64,000 nucleotides of DNA from an uncultured Gammaproteobacteria bacterium (GTDB lineage: Bacteria; Pseudomonadota; Gammaproteobacteria; JABCZS01), in contig CAWKDC010000003.1 in NCBI GenBank assembly GCA_963848305.1, forward strand, positions 32,001 through 96,000, written 5' to 3'. This document shows positions 1-8,994 of this stretch, one piece after another (the stretch's first letter is position 1; the number at the start of each line of letters is the position of its first letter). Position numbers and translations under genes: made by a program. A model generated the notes under the pieces. That model was not told the DNA's origin. It did not search any database and saw nothing but the letters and a program-made list of their open reading frames with translations.

Positions 1-697
1 AGAAACCATTTGACGAGACATCAAAGTTGATTAAACCATCCCCATATAAATCGAGTGTGAAAGCATTGCCTGCGCCGAGGATCACTTTGCCCAGTGTTGC
101 ATTGATCACGCCATTGTTTTCAACAGTGGGTGCGACCAAGGCCGCAAGGCCATATTTAGCAACAGTGATAACGCCATCATTGATGACATAGGAGTTGGCA
201 GGCGCTGCCATGAAATGGTAATTGCCATTCATGAAGTTATTGTTAGAGATATTGGCTGTTGAAGCCAGCAAGCCGCCGACATCAACGTGAGAGCCTTTAC
301 CAAAGACAATACCGTTAGGATTCATGATAAAGACTTGGCCATTTGATAAAAGGGTGCCCATAATGAGGGAAGTGTTGTTGCCTGTGACACGGTTTAGCGT
401 GATGGCACTGGCAGAAGGGTCGATGAACTGGGTAGTATGACCTTTGCCAATTGAAAAGCTGTTCCAGTCAATCACAGCTTTATCAGTGCTCTGGCGTATG
501 GTGGTCATGTTGCCGGTGTTATTGATGACGGCGCCGCCTTGGGTGACGTTGCCACCTCTGGGGTTACCGGTGTTACTTGGGGCGCTGGCTAAAAGGGGAG
601 AGGCGGCCAATAAAAGGCATATAGAGGCACCGCGCCTGATAAGGCTAAACTGGATGTCGTTGATACGGCGACTATTTTGACTGCTTCTGAACAACAC
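1..697 (-). CDS. Filamentous haemagglutinin-family (two-partner secretion TpsA) exoprotein, N-terminal part; runs off the window edge
   Basis: Not in the ORF track. Manual translation from GTG at 697 (SD GAAGG) gives a signal-like segment, then NPRGGNVTQGG...AVIDWNSFSIG...LNRVTG...SNGQVFIMNPNGIVFGKGSHVDVGGLLAST, the TPS secretion-domain signature (NPNG). Confidence 0.9.
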   Translation of the reverse strand, partial: MLFRSSQNSRRINDIQFSLIRRGASICLLLAASPLLASAPSNTGNPRGGNVTQGGAVINNTGNMTTIRQSTDKAVIDWNSFSIGKGHTTQFIDPSASAITLNRVTGNNTSLIMGTLLSNGQVFIMNPNGIVFGKGSHVDVGGLLASTANISNNNFMNGNYHFMAAPANSYVINDGVITVAKYGLAALVAPTVENNGVINATLGKVILGAGNAFTLDLYGDGLINFDVSSNGF

Positions 698-795
698 GGT
701 ACACCTTCTTTAATATACGTATGCAGATGACTCAATATAAGTATAGACGTGATTTTAGAATAGGCAAGATGGTAAAATTCATGCAAAAGAAGGAG

Positions 796-1167
796 TTACA
801 AAACGATAAGCCCAGCAGATACCTTCCGACCCTCATTTACCAAGAGGTTGTACGTCTTAGCGGCAGATGCGGTTGTCATGGTTTCCACCCCAATATGCTG
901 TTGCCAGCAGAGGGCCAGCAGGTCTGGGGGTAGCCTGAGTGAGGCGTTGCCAGTGCCAATGATGATGATATCAGGGTTGGATGTCAGCAAGAGGGCGAGG
1001 GTGGATGCTGTTAAGTCATTGAAAGCAGGAACTGGCCAATCAGCCAATACCTCATCGACGTCGATCATCACGCTGCGTTTATATAAAGTGTCATTGATCA
1101 ATACGCCCTGTTCATCAACACGGCGGATGACATACTTTTGGTGAAAAGGTTCTTCAGAAAATTGCAT
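796..1167 (-). CDS. Mth938-like (DUF498) domain protein
   Basis: PDIIIIGTG...IGVETMTTASAAKTYNLLVNEGRKVSAGL motif. Confidence 0.9.
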   Translation of the reverse strand: MQFSEEPFHQKYVIRRVDEQGVLINDTLYKRSVMIDVDEVLADWPVPAFNDLTASTLALLLTSNPDIIIIGTGNASLRLPPDLLALCWQQHIGVETMTTASAAKTYNLLVNEGRKVSAGLIVL

Positions 1168-1553
1168 TAATCCACCGATTGTAATTTAACATAAGCCTTT
1201 TCAAAAGCATGAATATAGTGCTCCTTAATGCGTGTGAAAATTTGCTGTGCAAGCATTTCATGATAAGTGTGAGTTGTCATGTTTCTATCGTTTAATAAAT
1301 CAATCCACACATCTTCATTATCAATGAAGCCTGCTTCAAATGCGAATGAAAAAGCAGTTTTTGGGCTGCCGATCATGACCCCTTGTGATTGTCCTATCTT
1401 CTGAAATGTTTTCCAAAAAACTTCGAATGTGAATTCAAATGCTTGTATACAAGCTGCTTGTGTATAGTCCGCTTGAATGCTGACAGCGATATCCATAAAC
1501 TTTTTTAATTTAATGAGTGTTTTTTGGCAATTTTCCAGAGATTGCTTGTTCAT
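1167..1553 (-). CDS. HEPN / nucleotidyltransferase substrate-binding protein (HI0074 family), putative toxin
   Basis: IQAFEFTFEVFWK, SPK and DRNMTTHTY (Rx4H) motifs; start placed at MNKQ (1553), just after the MNT gene. Confidence 0.9.
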   Translation of the reverse strand: MNKQSLENCQKTLIKLKKFMDIAVSIQADYTQAACIQAFEFTFEVFWKTFQKIGQSQGVMIGSPKTAFSFAFEAGFIDNEDVWIDLLNDRNMTTHTYHEMLAQQIFTRIKEHYIHAFEKAYVKLQSVD

Positions 1554-1557
1554 ATAT

Positions 1558-1866
1558 TTATTCCTTTTGATAAATAGTAATACCTTCCTCGCGAATTTTT
1601 TTGATGAATTCATCTGATACTTCATTCAAATTAACCAAATCAAACGACAGCAATGTAGGTGCATTTTCTTTAACATCCAAACAAAAGCGACCCCAATGTT
1701 TTTGATATTGGCCTGCATTAAAGTTGAATGCTAAATCATAATCAGATGTTTGTCTAGCATTGCCTCGTGCCCGTGAGCCGAATAATATAATTTCATCCGG
1801 ATGTAAATGTTCATTTGCAAGTTTGATTACAAAATCAAACACTTTTTGAGTTGAGCGATCAATCAT
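1558..1866 (-). CDS. Minimal nucleotidyltransferase (MNT), putative antitoxin
   Basis: ILFGSRARG...SDYDLA...FDLV motif, 102 aa, upstream of the HEPN gene. Confidence 0.9.
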   Translation of the reverse strand: MIDRSTQKVFDFVIKLANEHLHPDEIILFGSRARGNARQTSDYDLAFNFNAGQYQKHWGRFCLDVKENAPTLLSFDLVNLNEVSDEFIKKIREEGITIYQKE

Positions 1867-1914
1867 GAAGACACCAGATGTTTTGCATAAAATTCAAACC
1901 AGTACTAATGTTAT

Positions 1915-2760
1915 ATGAAGACCGACCTCATCACGCAAGGAACGCGTATGTCCCATATTACATGGATTATTCCCGACCTCCCCATGCTTGATAAGCATAC
2001 CACAGATTTTCCGCAGGATATTCCAACTGCACTTTTTCATCATTTGGGCGGTGAAGGGGAGTTGCCTCGCGCCGCGCTGCTTGCGTTGCACCATGAATTG
2101 CCGCCAGCGAATGCATGGGTGCTGTGTGAACCGGTTGAATGCATGGCATCGAAAAAGGATGTTGTTTGCCTGGGCAACGCACATCTGACCGTCACCCTGG
2201 ACACGGCGCGAGCATGGGTCGCCAAATTCAATGACTATTGGGCAGGGACCGGCAGGGTGATGTATCTCATTTCACCTTTGCAATGGCTATTGGCCTTGCC
2301 TGAACCGCTGTCATATCATGCACAGCCCCTGCGTAACATTCTGAATCAACCCATTCCCAAACAATTGCCCCTGTTGTTTTCAGAAGCGCAAATGCTGATG
2401 CAAGGTAATACACTCAATGCATTGTGGTTGTCGGGTGAAGGCGAATTACCCGTGTTTGATAAAAGACCAGACTTACATGTCATGACCAACCATCTTGAAG
2501 CGATAGCGCTCACACGCAGTGTGATGGGACATGTGGTGCCATTTTGTCAAACCTTCGACGATTTTTGGACGCATTATGGTAAGAGTCAAGATGAATGGAT
2601 CATCGCATTGTCCGCTGAAAGTTTGGGCGCAAAAGATGAAGATGAATATGTGTCGATGTTTGAACAACATTGGTTGAAAAGTTATTTGATGCATGCGAAA
2701 ATGCCGCATGACAGAAATGATTCGAAGACGCGATCCACAAACACCGCCACTGACGGATAG
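1915..2760 (+). CDS. Conserved hypothetical protein preceding recJ (start may be 1948)
   Basis: 281-aa ORF overlapping the recJ start. The EAQML...LNALWLSGEGELP motif resembles the uncharacterised family found upstream of recJ in some gammaproteobacteria. Confidence 0.6.
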   Translation: MKTDLITQGTRMSHITWIIPDLPMLDKHTTDFPQDIPTALFHHLGGEGELPRAALLALHHELPPANAWVLCEPVECMASKKDVVCLGNAHLTVTLDTARAWVAKFNDYWAGTGRVMYLISPLQWLLALPEPLSYHAQPLRNILNQPIPKQLPLLFSEAQMLMQGNTLNALWLSGEGELPVFDKRPDLHVMTNHLEAIALTRSVMGHVVPFCQTFDDFWTHYGKSQDEWIIALSAESLGAKDEDEYVSMFEQHWLKSYLMHAKMPHDRNDSKTRSTNTATDG

Positions 2761-4428
2761 CACACTGCCGCCATTTCTTGCGCGCATTTATGCAAACCGT
2801 GGCATCACGCAGGCCAAAGAATTATCTTGTTCGTTGAATGAATTGTTGCCGTACGATACATTGAAAGGCATTGAAGCAGCCGTTGATATGCTCGCGAACA
2901 TGTTGATTGCACAAAAACGTTTTCTCATCATTGGTGATTTCGACGCTGACGGTGCAACGGCCACGGCTGTTGCTGTGCGCGCGTTGCGCATGTTGGGCGC
3001 AAAACAAGTTGATTTTTTGGTTCCCAATCGTTTTGAATATGGCTACGGTTTAACACCTGAGATTGTTGTCGAAGCACATAAACGTTCACCCGATGTGATC
3101 ATCACCGTAGACAATGGTATTTCCAGCATTGAAGGCGTGGCTTGCGCAAACGCATTGGGTATTCCAGTGGTGGTGACGGATCACCATTTGGCAGGGCGCG
3201 TGCTACCGGATGCGGCTGCGATGGTTAACCCGAATCAACCGGGGTGTGATTTTTCAAGTAAAGCATTGGCCGGTGTCGGCGTGATTTTTTATGTGATGCT
3301 TGCGCTGCGCGCGCGTTTGCGTGCGATGCATTTTTTTGAATCATCAGCACCGAATCTCGCATCGCTACTCGACATTGTTGCATTGGGTACGGTGGCCGAT
3401 CTCGTTCCCCTCGATCACAACAACCGTGTGTTGGTGCGCCAGGGCTTGATGCGCATGCGGCAGGGCGTTGCTTGCCCTGGCATTCAAGCGTTGCTCGAAG
3501 TCGCGCAGCGTGATCCTGCTCGTGTGCAGGCGCAAGACATGGGTTTTGCCTTGGCCCGCGTCTGAATGCGGCTGGGCGTCTTGAAGACATGGCGATTGGC
3601 ATTCAATGTTTACTGAGCGATTCGATAGAAGCGGCGCGTCCACTGGCGGCACAGCTGGATGCTCTGAATGCGGAGCGCAAATCTATTGAAGGGGAAATGC
3701 AAACACAAGCCGACGATCTCATGCGCCGTTTGCCAGATGAACACAAAATATTGCCGCGTGGATTGGCACTGTATGAACCGACATGGCACATGGGAGTTGT
3801 GGGCATTCTCGCGTCGCGCGTGAAAGAAAAATACCACCGTCCGGTGATTTGTTTTGCGCAGGGAGATGAGGGTCAGCTGAAAGGTTCTGCACGTTCTGTG
3901 TCAGGTGTGCATATCCGTGATGTGCTCGATCGTATCTCAACGCAGCATCCGGGCATCATCATCAAATTTGGTGGGCATGCGATGGCCGCGGGTTTGACGA
4001 TTGTGGCAGATCAATACGCGTTGTTTGTTTCATTATTTGCTGAAACAGTGAGTGAATTTCTGAAGGAAGAAGATTGCTTAGGCATTCATTGGAGTGATGG
4101 TGAATTGGCTGCACATGAGATTTCTCGTGAAACAGCTTACCTGCTTGATGCAGCTGGGCCATTCGGGGCGCAGTTTCCACCACCCATGTTTGATAATGTC
4201 TTTTCTGTCGTTTCCCGTCAACCCATGGGTGGGGATAAACACATGCGCTATCGGCTCGCTTTGCCGGAGGGTCGGGCAGTTGAAGCTGTTCATTTCAATG
4301 CCTCCCCAGAGACCTGGGCAGAGCCGGGTCAGGCTGTCCGACTTGCCTATTCAATCGATTTGAACTATTTCAGGGGAGAGGAGCGGCTGCAGTTGAAAAT
4401 CAATTACATAGATGCTCAAAATGCCTGA
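2708..4428 (+). CDS. recJ: ssDNA-specific exonuclease RecJ, frameshift near 3552 (probably a sequence error)
   Basis: GDFDADGAT, ITVDNG, TDHH, LGTVAD and KFGGHAMAAG motifs are split over two ORFs; adding one G restores GFALGPRLNAAGRL. Confidence 0.95.
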
Positions 4429-4496
4429 TTTAAACGTTGACATTTTTCTTCATTCTCGGTACCGTTCTATATGATCATTTGTTGAGGTTTTCTCCT

Positions 4497-5820
4497 ATGT
4501 CTACACACCCACGCTCTTTAGGGCTGGTCATGCTCATTGCGTTGGTAGTGGGTAACATGATTGGTTCAGGTGTTTTTCTGCTGCCGTCTGCGCTGGCGCA
4601 ATATGGTTCCATCAGCCTCTTGGGTTGGGGGTTCACGGCAATAGGCGCTATTCTCCTCGCCCTCGTTTTTGCCCGTTTAGGTGGTGCTATGCCGGCAACG
4701 GGCGGTCACTTATGCATTTTGTCGAGAAGCTTTTGGGGATTTTATTGGGTTTCAAGCCGCCTATTGTTATTGGGTGTACGCCTGGATTGGCAATGCTGCC
4801 ATCTGTGTGGCTTTTGCGGGGTATCTCGGGTATTTCTTTCCTGAATTGGCATCTGATCAGGGTTTGCGTTTGGGCGTGATGTTGACGACTGTCTGGATTT
4901 TCACGGGCATTTCCATGCTCAGTATTTGGTATGCCGGTATTGTGCAGGTCGTGCTGACGATCATTAAAATTTGTCCGTTGTTGTTCGTGGGTGTGATGGG
5001 CTTGTTTTTCTTCAAGGCTGAACATTTTCTGCCCTTCAATGCTTCAGCGTTGCCGGATATGGATGCGCTCATGGCTGCTGCCACGCTCACATTGTGGGCA
5101 TTCATTGGGATGGAATCAGCGACCATTCCCGCAGGGAGCGTGGATCAACCCCGCAAAAATATTCCGCGCGCCACAATATTCGGCGTTTTGGTTGTTGCAT
5201 CGATCTATTTGTTGGGCAGTTTTTCTATCATGGGTGTGTTATCAAACGATGCATTGCGCTTATCGCACGCGCCTTACGCCGATGCGGCCTTGCATATGTT
5301 CCCAGGTCAAACCTGGATTGCGGGATTCATCGCATTGGGTGCGGTGGTCTCTTGTTTGGGCGCATTGAATGGTTGGATCATGGTGCAGGCGCAAGTCCCC
5401 ATGGCTGCCGCGCGTGATGGTTTATTTCCCGCTATTTTTGGTAAAACCAACAAACAAGGCGCACCCGTGTTTGGTTTATTGATTTCCAGTGTGCTTATTT
5501 CTGTGTTATTGATCATGAGTCAATCGGAATATTTGGTGAAACAATTTGAATTCATCATTTTATTGGCGACCACTGTGGTGTTGATCCCTTACGCTTATAG
5601 CACAATTGGTGAAGTCCTTATTTTCGTCCATCATCCAGCCAAGTTTGAAGGCGCACGTTTTGCCCGAAATGCCGTGATGGCATCGTTGGCGTTTGCCTAT
5701 GTGATGTGGGCGATTGCAGGCAGTGGTTTAGAGGCTGTGTTTTATGCCGTCATGCTGCTACTCGTTGGCACGCCGTTGTATGTTTGGTTGAAGGCATGTC
5801 CCCCGCTTTCGCGGGGGTAA
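4497..5820 (+). CDS. APC-family amino acid/polyamine permease (AdiC/PotE/CadB-like), frameshift near 4707
   Basis: GNMIGSGVFLLP, LWAFIGMESA and PRKNIPRAT motifs; multiple TM segments; two overlapping ORFs. Confidence 0.9.
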
Positions 5821-5850
5821 ACTCCTATCACCGCTTTCGCGGGGGTAACC
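5800..5850. repeat. Tandem pair of REP-like palindromes (CCGC-TTTC-GCGGGGGTAA)
   Basis: Two copies of ccgctttcgcgggggtaa between convergent genes; the first forms a CCCCCGC/GCGGGGG hairpin. Confidence 0.7.
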
Positions 5851-5871
5851 GCCTACTTAGCGATTATTCGA

Positions 5872-6570
5872 CTAGCAATAGGGTTGATCGGGCGACTCTT
5901 TGCACAGATATTCCCTGACAGCCTCTTGAGTAGGGCAGGATATATTACCAGCTGTGTCACAAGTGATAGCAGCAGCGGGTTGGGCTTTCCCGGCGGGCAG
6001 GGCAACTGACGTGTTGCCAAATGTATACATGCATTCAACCAAGGCAGATGTACCGTTTTTAAAGGAGCAAGAAGTGAGAGAGGTGGAATTTTTTTGTATA
6101 CAAACAGGTTTCTTGGTGTTCTGAGTATCGCATTTGGCCTCACATGGGGTTGTGGTGATGTAAGGGGGTGGACATACGGCTTGAGGCGGTGCAGGAAAAT
6201 TAGGTGCGGCCGTTTCATTTTTTGTGTTATTGTCAGGTAGGTCGACGCCGGTATTTACATTTTTTGCTTGACAGTGAAGTCCTTTCGAATTGCACTTGAG
6301 CGAAAAAGAATAAGTGTAATTGTTTGATGCAGCCAATACTTCTGTCGGGCTACATGTTGGCTGAACGGTTGTTAGCTTCCCGAGCTTTGTGATTGTGCAG
6401 GCGTCTTGAGTGTCTGTTTTTTGACAAACTGGACTCCCGCTTGAGCAAGTGGCGGAACAACTCGAAGCGCCCTGGCACTGAGGTGTAGATGAAAGAATGG
6501 CTGCAAAAGCGCTACTGCTCAATAGGCAAGATAATGCCAGCATCATCTTGGTGTTGTTCAACGTCATCAT
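5872..6570 (-). CDS. Secreted cysteine-rich hypothetical protein
   Basis: Signal peptide (...SSAFA), many Cys, internally duplicated C-C-C-PVC-C pattern. Confidence 0.75.
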   Translation of the reverse strand: MMTLNNTKMMLALSCLLSSSAFAAILSSTPQCQGASSCSATCSSGSPVCQKTDTQDACTITKLGKLTTVQPTCSPTEVLAASNNYTYSFSLKCNSKGLHCQAKNVNTGVDLPDNNTKNETAAPNFPAPPQAVCPPPYITTTPCEAKCDTQNTKKPVCIQKNSTSLTSCSFKNGTSALVECMYTFGNTSVALPAGKAQPAAAITCDTAGNISCPTQEAVREYLCKESPDQPYC

Positions 6571-6611
6571 AAGCTCCTTTTGTGATGATAAAGTATAGGC
6601 GAAAAAGTGAA

Positions 6612-7076
6612 TTATACCCCAGATTGTTCGTAATTTTCCAACCCGATACGGTCTATCAATGACAGCTGCGTTTCAATCCAATCCACATGATCTTCTTCGC
6701 TGACCAAAATGGCTTCTAACAATTCGCGTGAACCAAAATCTTGCACGGATTCGCAATAGGCAATAGCTAAGCGCAGATCGTTCAACGCTTTGTGTTCAAT
6801 GTTCAGATCGGATTCCAAGATTTCTCGGGTGTTTGAACCAATGTGCAGCTTTCCAATATCTTGCATATTGGGGCGGCCATCTAAAAATAAAATGCGATTG
6901 ATGAGGGAGTCTGCGTGTTTCATTTCATCAATCGATTCAGCATGCTCTTTCGCGCCTAACTTTTTGAGACCCCAGTTATCCAACATGCGTGCATGCAAGA
7001 TGTACTGGTTGATCGCAACGAGTTCATTGCCAAGAATGGTATTCAAATGCTTGATGACGGTCGTATCGCCTTTCAT
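6612..7076 (-). CDS. bfr: Bacterioferritin
   Basis: MKGD...NELVAINQY...ESIDEMKHAD...RILFL...SEEDHVDW. Confidence 0.97.
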   Translation of the reverse strand: MKGDTTVIKHLNTILGNELVAINQYILHARMLDNWGLKKLGAKEHAESIDEMKHADSLINRILFLDGRPNMQDIGKLHIGSNTREILESDLNIEHKALNDLRLAIAYCESVQDFGSRELLEAILVSEEDHVDWIETQLSLIDRIGLENYEQSGV

Positions 7077-7166
7077 GTGCAGCTCCTAACAAGAGTGAAG
7101 AAAGAACGAGTATATCAGAAAGTCATCAAGGCGCACTATGCGAGTGCGCCTTTATTGATGATGTCT

Positions 7167-8838
7167 TTATTGAAAAGACGAGTCGTGATGACCTCTACTT
7201 GCAGGTTTGCGATGCGAGGTGGGTGCTTTGCCGGCATAAGCAGGTTTGCGGCTACGTCCACTATCAGCACGACCGAATGAACGGCCTTCACTGCGTCCGC
7301 CTTCAGCACGACCGAATGAACGGCTTTCACTGCGTCCGCCTTCAGCACGACCGAATGAACGGCCTTCACCACGAGGGGCGAATCCGCCTTCAGAACGACC
7401 GCCGAATGAACGGCCTTCACCACGAGGGGCGAAGCCGCCTTCAGAACGACCGCCGAATGAACGGCCTTCACCGCGAGGGGCGAAGCCGCCTTCAGAGCGA
7501 CCACCGAATGAACGGCCTTCACCACGAGGGGCGAAGCCGCCTTCAGAACGACCACCGAATGAACGGCCTTCACCGCGAGGGGCGAAGCCGCCTTCAGAAC
7601 GGCCACGTCCGCTGCCACCAAATGACTTCTTAAACCCGCCGCCGCTACGACTGCCGCCTTGACGGGGTGCGCCCATGCCGCCAACAGATTCTTTACCATT
7701 TTTCAGGCGCTGAATCGCATCCCACTTGGATTGATCTTGTCTAGAGACCATGCACAATGAGAAACCAGCCGCGCCATTACGCGCTGTGCGGCCCAAACGG
7801 TGGATGTAATCTTCAGGAGATTGGGGCAGATCGTAGTTGATCACGTGCTCGATATGGGGCACATCCAACCCCCGGCCTGCGACGTCAGTCGCGACCAGGA
7901 TGCGGAACTTTTGTTCCCGGAATTGTGATAACACCCGTTGACGTTGGCTTTGACGCAAATCACCGTGCATGGCTTGGGCATACACTTTTTCGGCGGATAA
8001 GCGCTGTGCCAGCTTTTCTGTCTTCATGCGGGTACTCGCAAAAACCAGCACTGAACCTTGGCGTGCACCCAGTTCTTGCATCAGCTTGTTGAATTTAGCG
8101 TCTTCTTGCAAATAGACAACTTCTGAGGTGAGGTTCACGTTGGGCTTGTTCTTCGTCCCAATCGAGATGCGCTCAGGGTTGCGCAAGAAGCGGTCTGATA
8201 ACGCTTTGATATTGCTCGGAAAAGTAGCCGAGAACATCAGGGTTTGGCGTTCTGCGGGCATGTGTTCCAAAATGGCATTCAATTGAACGCCGAAACCCAT
8301 GTCGAGCATGCGATCCGCTTCGTCGATCACCAGCATGCGGGTTTGCTTGAGGTTCAAGCTCTTCCGTTGTAAATGGTCGTTGATGCGGCCTGGCGTGCCC
8401 ACGATCAAGCGAGCGCCGCGTTCCAAACGCGAAAACTGCTTCCAAATCGGCATGCCGCCAATCAGCAGCGCAGAATGTATGTGTCTGTGTTTGCTGATAA
8501 AACTGAATAACACCGTCATGACCTGCTCCGCCAATTCGCGGGTAGGGGTGATGATGATGGCTGTCCCTTCTTCGTTCTCCAACAGGTAATTCACGACGGG
8601 CAAGGCGTAAGCCATTGTTTTGCCTGAACCTGTTTCAGCAGAGCCCAGAATATCGCGGCCAGATAGGGCCAGGCGGAATCGTTGCTGCTTGGATGGGGGT
8701 AGGGGTGGTGAACCCGAGTTCCGTCAAGATAGGCTTGAGGCGCGCGGAGAGTGGAAACGCGTCAAACCCAGTCTTGATTTCTTGAGAAATCAATGTGTTG
8801 TCGCTTTTCACGGTTGTATTTATCGTTTCGATTGTCAT
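7167..8838 (-). CDS. DEAD-box RNA helicase with repetitive RG-rich tail, frameshift near 8670
   Basis: Q motif (GFTTPTPIQ) lies in the 8635-8838 ORF; removing one C restores GSAETGSGKT; then PTRELA, DEAD, SAT and HRLGRTAR. Confidence 0.93.
7262..7603 (-). repeat. Coding tandem repeats: 5 x 51 bp (GRSEGGFAPRGEGRSFG) plus about 2 x 39 bp
   Basis: Direct inspection of DNA and translation. Confidence 0.9.
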
Positions 8839-8994
8839 GGTATATTTATCCTAAAGCACCGCATTGTCGCGGATCATAAGGCATAGTATACTAACTGGAG
8901 ACCGAAAACAAATCTTTTTTCATGATAGTAGGTCAGCTAGGTCTCTATGTATCCTGGCTATACTATATAACATAAACAAAGGTGAGGGGAACTG

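Noticed and set aside
444-933. Short ORF-track ORFs at the window start
   Set aside because: They overlap the real minus-strand TpsA and Mth938-like genes.
2708-4428. Calling recJ, tilS, pgeF and others pseudogenes or programmed frameshifts
   Set aside because: Single indels without further decay or common slippery motifs; sequencing error is more parsimonious.
7136-7699. Repetitive alternative-frame ORFs (187, 144 and 138 aa)
   Set aside because: Shadow frames of the helicase tail repeats.
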